Shown: piece by piece, positions 1 through 12,588 of the stretch | Numbering within the stretch: position 1 is the stretch's first letter | How the letters are laid out: each line of letters starts with the position of its first letter | Source: Asterionella formosa | Lineage: Eukaryota | Direction of reading: 5' to 3' | Length of the DNA stretch: 60,711 nucleotides | NCBI GenBank assembly: GCA_002256025.1 | Contig: NKIB01013278.1 | Span: 1-60,711 of the forward strand | Notes under the pieces: model-generated | What the model saw: only the letters and a program-made list of their open reading frames with translations | What the model was told of the DNA's origin: nothing | Databases searched by the model: none | Made by a program: the position numbers and the translations under genes

Positions 1-1271
1 TAATATTCGCTGCCAAGGCAAAGAGCTTGAACTTTGTTGGGTACAGGGGATTAACCCGTTTGTGGAATGGCATGGCAATGAGGACAACTTCAACCTAAAC
101 ACTGGCAAAGGAAAGCGATATCCCCAGGGACCTGTGTGTGTGTGTTAAATGGGAAGCATGCGCCCAATTTGTGTTGTTGTTCGGAATCAGGAAGCATTAC
201 TGCAGAAATGTTGGTGAGAATGTTGGCCAAAATGGATTCTTTGGAATTGTTTGACCACAGTGATGGAATAAACCCTTTCCTCATCCTAGATGGACATGGC
301 TCCAGATTCGATTGCTCCTTTCTCAAATATATCAACAGCCCTTTGACCCCATGGAGTGTGTGTACAGGTGTCCCTCACGGAACCTCCTACTGGCAAGTCG
401 GAGATTTGTCGGAGTAGAATGGAAGTTTCAAAATGGAATGACAGTTGCAAAGTGAGACCTATTACTTACCGAAAAGACTGAACATGATTTGCCTTTTGCT
501 ATTGAGAAATCTTGAGCCCTTGTTTCAACTGCCTGGGGAAAAAGCTTTGCAAATAAAAGAACAAACAGAAAAGTAGTCTCAGAACGAGGATGGGGGCCTC
601 TAAACTATAACCTTCTGCTCACTGCGGAAACACAGAAAACAAGCACTCAACTCAATTCATCACTTGCTGGAACCACAACCAAGTCGAATGTAACTCCTGA
701 ATTGCTGAATCTGACAGACGGATATTCTGGGTCATTGACAGAAAAAATTGTTGCCTTTCGCAAGAGTGAAGATGCAAGGAATGGAATAGATGCTGATGAT
801 CATGCAAGGAAACGAAATGAAACAGCACAGGCTGCAATAGATCAACACAAAAGGATTACTGCTGGACTACACTTTGCTGCTGGTAACTGTCGACTTGGTC
901 CAGAACTTTGGGATGATGCAAAAGAAGTTATGAAAATACAACAGCTTGTTGCACAAGACGAAAAGGAAAAGAAAGCAAATAATAGATTTCAAAAAATGGT
1001 GGACAAGGTTGATGCTGTGAGAGCAACTGGAAAGCTGATTGAATCTTCTTACAATGTGACTGAACTCAGAACTCTTGTAATTTGGTATAAACGTGAGGGT
1101 GATGCACCAGTACCAAATACAAGGCAACAGCTGCTTCAAAGGTACATTTACACTTGCCATCGAGGGGAGCAGATTCCACGAAATGCACTTGCTGCAGCAC
1201 AGCTTCCTGATCCTCAGCATGCTGCTGAAGATGCAGGTGATGCTGCGGTCAATGGGATCGCAATGATCTGA
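1..1271 (+). mobile_element. Decayed pogo/Tigger-like (DDE_1-type) transposase, cut by the window edge
   Basis: ORF 136-417 has LILDGHGSRF and VPHGTSYWQVGD, matching the 2nd and 3rd catalytic-Asp motifs of pogo-family transposases. Stops and frameshifts follow at ~415-600, then GWGPLNYNLL and ORF 702-1271. A homologous relic lies at 12589-13410. Confidence 0.7.
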
Positions 1272-1440
1272 CCATTGGACCTGAAAGTTGGAGGAGCATC
1301 ATGATGGTGGAAGGTGCAGCATCTTGAATATATGTTTTTAGTAAAAAGGTATAATGAAATACAAGTGCGTTAACACATGACCTAATCCGTCCTCGAAAAT
1401 GTATATCAATTTATATTCATTTATTAAGAAAAAAGTATAT

Positions 1441-1650
1441 ACTACCATGACCCATTGAAATCACTTCTTAGCTGTTTTTTTATCATCGTATCTTCTGATG
1501 TAATCGTTCAAATAGAATTTCAACACAACAGCTTGATTGATCGACGCTGTTCTGACACTATCGAACAGATGGGTCCGAAATTCGATAGAATTTACCTTTA
1601 GTCGCTCGGAGAAGTCAAACAAACACCCTAACTCAATGGGTCATGGCAGT
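1441..1650. mobile_element. MITE-like element (~210 bp) with 18-bp terminal inverted repeats
   Basis: ACTACCATGACCCATTGA (1441-1458) pairs with TCAATGGGTCATGGCAGT (1633-1650) at 17/18 positions. The interior has no convincing gene. The left end sits at a TA; the right end reads TT. Confidence 0.55.
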
Positions 1651-2275
1651 TTTTTACAGGTACCAGGTACCGGTATTGTACCTACAGTACAGTACTGTTT
1701 CTTTGTCGTTATTTTATTTCGTCATGCATTGGATGTTGAGCGAGAAGAGGCCAGGCAGGAGGATGGTTTTTTGCTTCCGGCCGTCACCTAATGAGCAAAA
1801 TTGATTCTAAAAAAGAATAAAATAAATAAGCAAGGGCCCTACCGATCATACATACACATAAAAGTGTGTCTTGCTCGAAAGTTGTATGATACGTCAGCAT
1901 GATGAAATGCATGATGAAAATATCTGAACAGCCGTCAAACATCAACATGGCGGCGTGCCGAGACTATATCATAGTACCTGGTCCAGGTACCAGGTACCAG
2001 GTACTGGTACCCCTCCCCCCTAATGAAAAGGTCATCCCAAAAACCCACTTTTTGTATATCGCGTGTATATTAATTTAAATCATACGCACACGGCTGATCA
2101 TTTTCACTTGAAATCATAAGAATACCGGTACCTGTGCGTATACCGGTATAACTTATTGACACATTAATAGGTCGCCTCCTCTACCACAACTTCACAAACA
2201 ACCACTGGCTGAAAGGGACCACCAGCTGACCAGCCCTTGCAACCGGCCAGGCAACCGTGTTGGTCTCAGTCTAAG

Positions 2276-3632
2276 ATGCCTTCGCAACGAAGAATAACTT
2301 TAGTTGCGTTAGTGCCGCTACTTGCAGTAACGGAGAGCAACGGTTTTACTGCCTGTCCCATGATCTGGCATCCCTCCATTCAGGAGAAAACAGCACTTGC
2401 ATTTGTACTTTGCATGACCTCACCAGATGGAAATGATTTTATCGACGCAGTAGTTGAAGCAAGCAATTCCAGCTCAATCCAGCCTCAAATTCCAGGTAAG
2501 CAACGACGCGGAAGACTTGACATGTTCAAAGAAACGTTCCAAAGGCTCGCACAGCTTAGTTTGGAAGACTACAAATGGCGATCAGGAGTTTTCAAGAGTC
2601 AAGAAGCAGACAGACTTGTCGAAGCGAGTGTTGCACGAATGAGAGGAGAAGAGCCAGCTTATGTTAGGCCAATGGATGCTGCAGACAGCAAGATTGGACC
2701 TATGGTGAGTTGTTATCTGAACTGTAAAATGACGCAGAAATAAGTTGGAGCTATAGTTTCCTGATGGTGCGTTGTGCCATTCAACTGTATAGGGTAAAGC
2801 AGAAAAGATAGCTGTTGGTTGGCTCTCTAAAGTCATTGAGGAAGAAGGGCGACGAGCAGAAATGATTGCCCGTTCAGAAGGACTTCTCGTGCGACCTATG
2901 GATGCTTCCAAGGGGGGAGAGATTGGCCCACTGGCAGCGATTGAAAAAGCAGCTGTCAATTTCTTTGATTCGATTCGAAATGCAGAGAAGGAGAGATTCG
3001 TGACAGGAATATTTCGTCCAAAAGACTTGGATGAGGGCAAACGTGGTCCGTTGGGAGATGCGGAAGCCAAAGCCGTTGCTACCTTGAACGAGATAAGTCG
3101 GTCGGAGAACTTGAGAATGGAGCAATCCAGACTCCGTGGTGGTGAAATCGTACGGCCGATAGATATTCCAGGCCCCCTGGGTGAATTCGAAAGAACTCTG
3201 GTCGATGTGTTTATAGCGGAGCAGCAAAGAGTCAAGGATCGAGAGGCCAACGACGGAATTCTAGTGAGACCCAAAGATGCAACTTTGCGCGGACCACTTG
3301 GCCAAGCTGAGCTCGATGCTTTGAAAGCGTTGGAAAGGTTAACGAACGAAGAAAGGGAACGATTCAAGAATATCCAACGAGTACTAGAAGAAAATCGACC
3401 TATGGAAGTCAATCCAGACTCCGTGCTCGGCGCCTCCGAGGCCTTAATGGTCGGCATCTTCCGAGCGCCCCAATTACTATTTAGCGTCGTTGATAGAGTA
3501 AAGGAACTGCTCGCAAGTGAGGATCTTAGCCAAGAAGACAAGAAATTTATGATGGAGGCGCAAATGCATTTCGACCTCAAGCTTCCAGATGTGCCAACAG
3601 ATGGCGACAGTAACATTGATGACTTCAGCTAG
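2276..3632 (+). CDS. Putative plastid-targeted protein with six RPxD...GPLG helical repeats (2 exons)
   Basis: Exons 2276-2704 and 2793-3632; intron GTGAGT...TATAG joins the two ORFs in frame. Signal peptide ends ESNG-F. Repeated motif RP[MKI]D-x(2-7)-GP[LM]G-x-AE. Confidence 0.8.
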
Positions 3633-5094
3633 CAATAGCTTTTTGTTTGATCTTGGCACCTCCTTACTCCTTGTATCTTCGTCAATTATGTAAAGCAAAC
3701 TTGATTCACATCCATTACAAACACAAAGTATACACCTTCACTTATTGTGTTAGAAGTGAATCAATAGCATCAGGCCGTCATCATTCGACTTGATATTCAC
3801 GCACAGAAATGATCAGGCGCCTTCACTGATTTTAACTCCAGGATTTTCGGTGGCTAATTCTGTCTTCTGAATATTCTCGAAAGAGAGTCTAACACATTTC
3901 CCTTCAGTCCAGCAGATAACTTCGCTTATTGCAAAAGATGCTTCACAGATATCGCCTTGTCTGAATTTATGAGCATTGAAGTACACCCATATGATCAGTC
4001 ATTTGACAGTTCCGAAAAAGCCATGATGATGTGATTGGACAACCGTTTTACTCATGAAAGCTTTGAGACTCAGTTTCACTGGATGCTGTGATAGTATTTG
4101 ACAAAACGTTTTAGCATCTTGCTTATGGACTTTGGAGACCATCATGAGACTTTGAAAATGCTTTTTCAAACTCTCAATGCCTCATCCAGAAGATCAAGCT
4201 ACTTTGCCAAAGAAAAATTGGTGCATCATTGTTATTGTCATTTTCTGTGCCCAATGCAGGGTGGCAGCAATTGTTTGATTTGAATCATACAACAACAAAT
4301 ACTGACCAATCCATTCACTCGGTTTTGACTTACTTTGACAGAAATAATCATTCAAAGAAAGGGGTCGAGGACATCCCCAAGCATGGATTCTGTACCATTA
4401 ATAAAAATCTTCATTCAACTGAAGGCCATTTTGAAATGTATCAAGAAACCAAGGGCAACTGGTGTCAAAAATTAACAAAAGATCGTCTTCATATAGCTGA
4501 AGGCAATCGTTGATGCATCAAGAAACCAAGCATTATTGTTGTCAATTTTTAACAAAAGATTGTCTTTGCATTGCCAAGGGAGGCAAGTGTTAATTTTTAC
4601 ATGATAATTTTATACCAGGTGGTTGTAGCAGGGCGCATGCAGTTGTCAATGCAGCTGTCCACACACAGAATTGTGAAACAATGGTAAAACATAAGGCCCC
4701 TCAAGTTATCATACTCCTAACAATGCTAACCCACTTCCTGTTCCTCTTGCGTGGATATTCTATGCAGATTGAATTATAATACTGACATGGCTAACCCTGT
4801 TCATGTTTTCTACAAATCTATAATTTTCCCTATGATGATGTCTGGTTAGGGTCCTGTGCCAAGGGCCATACCTGCTTACTTTTATGAATCTGCCCAGGAA
4901 CTTTTAGTGGTGCATCACAAACCATCCTGTTGGTCAGCTAGTAGCCTATGTGCCTTAAAATCAGCAGAATGCTGAACAGATTGCATTTGTACAACAATAG
5001 CAATGCTATTATTCCATAGTAGTGCTATATATGACAAAACATTGAATATGTCTAATGTCAGTCATCAACTGGATAAAATTTGTTATTTACAGGA

Positions 5095-5660
5095 TAATTA
5101 CAGTCAAGAATCCACAAGCAAATGCTATTTGTGAACCGTCTCCATCAATCTATCAGTCACAGGCTATGGGTTGTTGTGTTCTTAAAGACTCATTCTTTTT
5201 TGATGATGTATTTTCAGCTTAGAATATCATTGATATATGTTTACTGCTGCATCATATATAGCTCAAACCACTATTCATAGTACATCGTGTATTTCACCAG
5301 GAGCATTGGTTTTCCAATATTAAATGTTCCTTTAATTATGGATTTACAATTAATACACACATCACTTTTTACAAGTGGTCATTGACAAAAAACTCTGTCA
5401 TGCTAATCTCTGTCATTTTTTTGTGACTACAAAGTTGGCGACAAGATTTTGATCCTATTGCGCGCATAATCCCACTACCTAGCTAGGATAATCATGGACA
5501 AGGTCCTTACACTATTATTCAAGTGCATGCCAATGGCAGAGTCACTTTTCAATAAATTACCGTATAATCCTGAACAAATTAATATTCATCGTATCAAATG
5601 TTTCATAGGTGAAGAAAGGTTTTCCCTTAGTATGGGATGGGAGAGTGAGCAATCCCACCA
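5095..5660 (+). mobile_element. Decayed Ty3/gypsy integrase C-terminal relic
   Basis: Broken frames give KNPQANAICE (~5107), TTIHST...SPGALVF, DYKVGDKILI, GPYTIIQVHANG and EQINIHRIK. A purine tract (GGGATGGGAGAG) and TG follow at ~5634-5647. Confidence 0.7.
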
Positions 5661-6997
5661 GCACTCAACTACACATAACCCTATAGGGTTAGGATTACAT
5701 AGATTATATCAGAACTCTATCAGTAAAGAACTCAATTAACACCTGTTTTGAATTCTTTCGGCTGAAGTTTAGCTACCATGCCCGAAATACGAAGATCGAA
5801 TATTGCAATGCTATCACGGCAAAAGCTTCATATTCAGGAAATTTTTTGTCCGCCTTATGGTCCCGAAGATTAATAGTACGTCAACCATACGTCAAATGAC
5901 ATGATCTAGTGAATTGATATTATTTGCCACTACATGAAAATTGGTAGTCTTGTTCATAGGAATATTATAGTAATTAATTATAATGAAAATCGCTGTCACT
6001 TAAAGTTGCCATCATCTTCATTGCTGTTGTTGTAAGGTGATTTTATGGGATAGCTGCAATGGCGGTATCTGGGGCATGTGCTCAATCCCCTAATCTTTTA
6101 TTCACTTCACCTCTAATCGCTGATTCTATACAAGTCAAAGCCGTGGAGGGAAATTGCAAACTCGACATCTCAAGAAACAAGAGTGTCCTTCTTTCCAATG
6201 AATCCGAAACTCTGCAGAAACATTCGATTCTGCGAAAAACACTCATATGCGATGTTGATCAAGTGAATAGGAGGCTTTCAACAACTAATATGGAAGGTGA
6301 AAAGAATGCATACCTAGTATATCTCGATGAGCTAGCTACAGGTAGAACTACAAAAATGGAATAAAACAGCCAACTTTGGTTTTGATGGCTAATGTGAATT
6401 TGGTGGCTTCCGGTAACGAGAAACTTTTCCAGTCGACGGCATTCAAGACTCTATTTCCTTTGAGACAGAAAATTTCACTATCGGAACCATGGAACAAAGC
6501 GGCTTCTACAAAGCTAATGTCAATAAAAATACTGATGACGGTACTAACACAAGGCTTCATTACAAAGAGGAGAATGTACCACAAGCCAGAAATGATGATG
6601 AGATTACAAGTGACATAAGGAGGCAACGGAGAATCTCGTCTGACGTTGAGGTGGCCGTGGTGCCAAATATGCTTCCAGGTGGCTTAAAATTTGAAGGAAG
6701 GCTTGATGATGAAGTCGATATTGCAACAGTACCTTGCAGTGGTGGCGTCAAGAATGGAGAAATAGAAACATTTGCAATAAGAAATGGGAGATATCTATGG
6801 AAGCAATGACGATGCAGCGGATCAAACTTGTGTTTACAACAAGGACATTGATGGACCACCACCCACAAGGTGGAGACTGCACACACTGTTGATTATACGC
6901 CAAGAAGGTTGATGATAGTGGAGTTCTTGTCATGTTGCAAATTATTATCATTAAAATTTTTTTAAGTAATGATTATTATAATAATAGTATGTAATAA

Positions 6998-7343
6998 AGG
7001 GAATGGCATAGTGGTTTAGCATGTTGCCTTTGATCTGAGGTTGTGAGGTTCGATTCCCGCAATTGTTTTGAGAAGGAATTGTTGGGTTCGACTCCCACAC
7101 TCCTTACTGTCCCGCACGGTCTTGCCTGGTGTGCAAGAAATAGTGGGTTGTCCCTCCCCCCACCACAAGCAGCTTGTGCCGCCTTCCTAGGCGGTCGGAG
7201 TTTCCCCTAACGCTGCGGCTAAGACAATCACCTATGCTAACAAAACTAGGGAAGCACAGGTCTTGTCAGCAGGTAGCACAATGAAATACTTGCCTTGAAC
7301 AAGGGGAGTAGCTGCGAATGGGCTATAAAACATACTAACTTTT
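6998..7343 (+). mobile_element. tRNA-derived SINE, copy 1
   Basis: A box TGGCATAGTGG 7004-7014; B boxes GGTTCGATTCC 7047-7057 and GGTTCGACTCC 7085-7095; T-run 3' end. 16-bp TSD TAATAGTATGTAATAA at 6982-6997 and 7344-7359. Full-length homologue at 27117-27468 (-). Confidence 0.9.
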
Positions 7344-9148
7344 TAATAGTATGTAATAATAATGACAATAATAATACTTATAGAAGTATCGACTACTATA
7401 TCATCAGTGTATGAGATGATGATTATGTATATGAATCTCAAGTTTGAGAGACATATGAAGACCGAAACGTGATGTACCTGCACAGGCACATACGTTGACG
7501 CTGCTTGTCCTTTACGCGACTAGAACAATCCGGAAAACCTGCATACTACTATTACCTGTGCGCATTTCTATTACCGGTTTTATTAAGTTGTACATATGCC
7601 TACTAAATAGTCAGTACCAGCACCACTGGTATTTAAATTTCCTACGTAGCTTCATATAGTGGGTATGGTATGATACTGTCATGATGGATATACACCACTA
7701 CAGCATCTGGTTTTGTACAAATGTAGTAGGGGGACGATGAGACAGCAACTCCGTCTTGACCATGACGAAATTATTGGACTGAATATCTCCACCAATATTC
7801 ATGATGAACAATTCCTATTTCTCACACATATGTAGACTATCATAGACGAGGTATTTATTCAATAATAAAAATTTACACCAATATTGACAACATTAATGAA
7901 ATCGCCGCTAGAAACTGTTTTCGTCGTTGTTTGCTCAGGTTTGAGGTTTCGAACAAAAAAGAGACATTGTTGAGTTTGTGGCTAGCTTGATAACTTCTAT
8001 AAAATAATTATTTCTATCTTTTGTACAAATAGATGAGAAAAAGTGAGCAATAGAATTATCGGATAGAGCGCTGCAACAGCTCAAAATGCAAGAAATACCT
8101 TAACCACTTTTTTGTACTGACTTTCATGTATGTACCAGCAGGTAGTACTTCATGTCGTGTAGCATGTTCCTATGGAATCTTGATTAAGTCATTTCAAAGT
8201 TATGTCTATACATGGTACATATAGACATAGATCAATATGCTCCTTGTCCTTGCAGCAACTAAATATTTCGATGCTAAAATTTAAACACTAATTCCTCTGA
8301 CTGACAGTTTGTGCATTTTCAGTCACTTTTGTGCAAAAATTGTATTCTTTCCACAGATGTTGGAAGACAAAGGGGGAAGAAGGATTTGTTGGTTTGGCAC
8401 AGTAGTAGCAGCTGCAGATTGTGTGGGATCACATCACCCAAGGCATAGATGTTAGATGACAAGGAGGGCGGAAGGATGAAACAAAAAGAAGCACGGATGT
8501 TAGAAGAAATAAGTAAACCCCAGATGTGAAAATGTATGACAACCAGGAAGGATGACCCCATTCAACAATTACTACCAAACCAGGTACCAGTTTATAGGAG
8601 TACTTCTACCAGTACCTGGAAGGTGTGCCAGGTACTCTGAGTACCTTGCACAAACACTACGTATGAATTCTTTTACCGGTAGTCAGCAGCATGTCCGGGA
8701 CCTGGATTGGAATACTGTGACTTATAAAACAAATACAGGCATCCTAATCCTCAGAAATGAAGATATGTATACCGTACTCTTTACTTTAATAGCTATGTAC
8801 TCAGCCACGTAGAATAGATTTAGCCTATGTTTTATACCGAAATGACTGTTTTGGTACTATTAATGTTCAAATAAAGGTATACCTACATATGCTATTTAGC
8901 ATTGACACTATTACCAAATTAATATCAAACCAGCCATCAAGTTGAAGTTTACGAGGACTTTTTTATTTTATTTTTGACACCGGCACTTTTGTCCTTTCGT
9001 TCATCGTTGTCGCCCTGCTCTCTCGATACAACAAAGACATGCATGAATTATCTACCGGCTTAAATATTGAGAACGATACGAAGCAAGCAAGGCCTACGTG
9101 AGGACACAAAACATACTAACATCATAAGAACAGAAAACAGGTCAGTCC

Positions 9149-10548
9149 ATGATGAACGGATATACAACAGTCCTCCTATGGGTTTGCTGTATTGCCGCAC
9201 TCTCCTACTTGAACGTAGATGAGATTACCCCCAGGATCTACCGTCGAGAGTTGCAAAACGAAGGGATCATCGATCCCATGATTCAACGTGTGGTAAGTCG
9301 ACGATGCATGCAGAGCTCGTATCAAGGTACCGGTAGGAGGAGTCTGCTCACCAATGGGTTCTTGTTGTCCCCCAGGTCATCTCCGAGGATGGCGTTTGCC
9401 TCAACAAGCGGAAACATGCAAGTATTCACGATGAACGTCCTAATGTGAAGGAAGATTACGTCAAATGGTATGGGGGGCATTACAATTGGGATTATTACGA
9501 CGTGACGCTTCCACAGGTAAAACAACTACAAAATCCTAACTTGGTGGTCTGGGAAACATATGGAGCAAACACGAGCACGAGTTTGTGGGTCCCCAACAGC
9601 AACGACTTTGCCAAGGGACTTGGTTGGTACGCTCCTCCTGACCCTACCATCTCGCCGACCCGAACATTGGTTGGAAAATTTGGATTTTTCACCACATGGT
9701 TCACTGGACATTACGGACACTTCAACCACGACTACCTGCCGTCGTTGGCATACATAAGAAAGGTGACCATGTCTCGTTATGGTGATGACACAAGGTTCAT
9801 TCTAGTCGACTATCATCGCAACAAAGAACTTATAAAATTCATGGACCCTGCTTTTTACGAGCTTGTTGACTGGATTTCTATCGAGGAAGTCGTGAAAATC
9901 GAGGGCGAGGTCACCTACATCGAGCCTGTGGGCTTGCCTGAGATGGCTGGACACGCATTAATGGCGTATCTTCGTCAATGGATGATCGAAACTCATCCAT
10001 TCAATCAGGCAGATTTCGACGCAAATAAACATGTCCTTTATTACGATAGAGTTGGGTCAAGTGGTGTTATGCACGGACGCGTTTTGGATGCAGACCATCA
10101 GAAGAAAATCCTAGAAGCTATTCGAGCCGCTATGGACAGGCACGGACTGGGAGACCAAGAACTTGTTATCTTCAACGGACAAAAAGGGAATGGAGAACCA
10201 ATGTCGCCTGACGATCAGTTTCAAGCCTTTCGCCGTGCCAGCACATTGATTGGTCCCCATGGTACTGGATTAAGCAATATGGTTTGGACAAACCCCAATC
10301 CAAAAACTTGTGAATCTCGGACTCAGTTGCTTGAATTTGTTGTTGGTGCAGATGTAGCACAAGTGCAGTGCATCTACGGTGGTTACTATCGCCAATTTAG
10401 ATCACTTCCCTTGGATTATCACGAAATTTTCTATCAGATTCCTTCAACCAGCGAGACTACTTACATCAACATAGCTGAACTTGAGAATGCATTGAATGTC
10501 ATGTGGGGTGGGGACAAGAAGGTTCACATTGAGGCAGCAGTTCAATAA
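9149..10548 (+). CDS. Glycosyltransferase family 61-like type II membrane protein (2 exons)
   Basis: Exons 9149-9292 and 9376-10548 (GTAAGT...CCCCAG, in frame). N-terminal membrane anchor; YGHFNHD and QFQAFRRASTLIGPHGTGLSN resemble GT61 motifs. Confidence 0.8.
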
Positions 10549-11026
10549 TTTTGTGAAGCCACTCAGCATAATTACTTTTTTTAACATAGATGTGCATTTG
10601 ATTTAAATTCATACTGCGATTCGATTTCAAAATTTTAGGTACTTCTGTCTGTAAACTTGCCGAGGCACCTGTATTCGTTTAGCATGTTTAAACTTTTCGA
10701 TTTCTCTTCCAAAGCTCCACTACTATTTACATCAAGCTTACCGGTCCTTTTCGAGAGACAAGAAACTGTATTCCGAAATCGGAACTCCATACCCCTAATT
10801 AAAACTCAGCACTTTCGAGTTCGGCTACACTTACTGTCACAGCATGATTGACAGCATAATTGTCAATCTATCCACATGTCTCGATAAGAAGGCAGACAGC
10901 AAAATAAACAGAAAGGCGTGACATTCTTGGCAGTGAGGAACCAAGCGTAGGCAAGTGAGCGTCACTAGAGCTAGACTGACATTTACTCAGGATAATAAAT
11001 TTTGAGAAATTCCACAGGAGAGATAT

Positions 11027-12328
11027 CTAGTCATCGTCGTCCTCTTGGTTCCATAGATCAATCAAGTCCTCATCTGAATAGGTATCCTTAATTTCTTCCT
11101 CAAAGCGACTCGTCCCGTCAAACCAATGCTGCTTTGGTTTCGATGCTGCTGTAATTCCTTTTTCCTTTATACCTTCAAAGAGAGCAGCCCAATCAGATAC
11201 AGTAAGTCCTTCCTTTCGTTTGCGTACTTGCCACTCAAACCCTGGAATTCGTTCGAGTGCTTCGATACGTTTGTCTGTCAACAGCGTGGTTCTATTTTCC
11301 TGTCGGCAAGCGTAGCCATGACGTTGTTGATTGATCCAAATTCTTAAATCTTGATTGGAGAGGTCGGTTGTATTGAATTGAAGCGTATTGTGTTCTTTTT
11401 GGTATACTTTCAATCGTTCCAACATGGTGAACCATGAGAGTGTGTGAACGGACCATGTAAATTGAACTTGTTCTAATAAGGTGATGCGTTCAGGCGTCAG
11501 GGCGGTCCACAGACCTGCCAAGAATCGTTTATACCACATACGTTGATTCATGACCCACTGACCGAGAGGATAGTTGTCTTCGTAGTCTTCAGGAACGTTG
11601 GTGTGCCCGTACTGCTGGTGAAAAGCTTTAAGTTCATCGTATCGTCGGTCCCATCGTGCTTGTTGTGAGACATAGGTGTCCCAGAAGCCCAGATTCTTTA
11701 ATAACTGATACCGTTCTATAGTCAGACCGGTTGGTCGCCTGGCGAGAAAATGTCTATAATCTCTTCTCTGATTGCGGACCCAGAGCCCCAGCGTTGGATG
11801 GTCGATGGGTACATTGACATGTCCGAATAGCGACTTGAAATCGTTCAGTTCCTCCAATCTAGCTTGCCATGTGACGCTTTGCACGCTCCATACAAATCCC
11901 AGTTCGTTGAGTTGGTTTAATTTGTCTTGACGTAGCAGTGGTCGTCGTTGTCCCTTGGTGATGTTCAATGCTTGATGTCGATAATTGTATCGGACTGTTT
12001 TTGTCCACAGCGCCAAATCGAATTGCAGCGTCGGGTCTACGAGACAAGTCCCGTGTGTCGTTCTGTATTCCTTCAGTTGCTTGATTCGGTAATCAAACGT
12101 TCGACGTTGCCGAGTGGAAGGCTTTCTATTACTTCGTCGCTGTGACGACGAAGAAGAAGAAGATGATGATGACGATGATGATGATGATGGTTGATAAGCG
12201 AAGAGTATGAGAACTTGTTGTGTTCTGTGATGGCTCTGTTGGTGTCTATTCGACAGAACAAATGTCGACGTTGGTGGCAATATCAGTAGCAGCGCTACTA
12301 TTAGAACAACTCGAAACAGAATCATCAT
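11027..12328 (-). CDS. Helicase-associated (HA) repeat protein with possible plastid leader
   Basis: About four HA-type repeats (W..R..EL..F...GH.NVP...LG.WV.NQR...L..LGF.W). The likely start at 12328 (MMILF...TST-F) gives a signal peptide; the ORF is open up to 12415. Confidence 0.85.
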   Translation of the reverse strand: MMILFRVVLIVALLLILPPTSTFVLSNRHQQSHHRTQQVLILFAYQPSSSSSSSSSSSSSSSQRRSNRKPSTRQRRTFDYRIKQLKEYRTTHGTCLVDPTLQFDLALWTKTVRYNYRHQALNITKGQRRPLLRQDKLNQLNELGFVWSVQSVTWQARLEELNDFKSLFGHVNVPIDHPTLGLWVRNQRRDYRHFLARRPTGLTIERYQLLKNLGFWDTYVSQQARWDRRYDELKAFHQQYGHTNVPEDYEDNYPLGQWVMNQRMWYKRFLAGLWTALTPERITLLEQVQFTWSVHTLSWFTMLERLKVYQKEHNTLQFNTTDLSNQDLRIWINQQRHGYACRQENRTTLLTDKRIEALERIPGFEWQVRKRKEGLTVSDWAALFEGIKEKGITAASKPKQHWFDGTSRFEEEIKDTYSDEDLIDLWNQEDDDD

Positions 12329-12588
12329 CGATTCATGGTCAATAAAAGTCTTGTCTATCGCAGGGGTTGAGAGTGATGGTGAGCGACCCTGGCTTTGAAG
12401 GATTTTATTGGTCATGGCTGGCTGATGATGGCTGGCGCAAAAATTTACTCTGGAATATGATATATACAGGTAATATTAGTATTTTATTACCGGAAGTAAA
12501 AATGCTGATGACAGTCTATGTAGGGCACCAAATACAGTTGTTGCATCACTGATTCTTAGAATGGTGGTGGTCCTCCCATCATATCTTG

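Noticed and set aside
2582..3616. 344-aa minus-strand ORF and similar long antisense ORFs over real genes
   Set aside because: These are shadow frames of well-supported genes on the opposite strand.
4440..4595. Diverged ~78-bp local duplication, and a nearby 16-bp palindrome TAACCCTATAGGGTTA at 5676-5691
   Set aside because: Both are real but lie in decayed repeat-like DNA with no evidence of function.
6059..6950. Short plus-strand ORFs (101 and 106 aa)
   Set aside because: No recognisable motif or splice path; possibly a decayed gene, but unsupported.
6999..7075. Functional tRNA gene
   Set aside because: A and B boxes are present but there is no convincing acceptor or anticodon stem. It is the head of a TSD-flanked repeat.
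7300..7330. GCGAATGGG resembling the 3' end of an HDV-like ribozyme
   Set aside because: No upstream P2/P3 partner was found, and the motif differs in copy 2.
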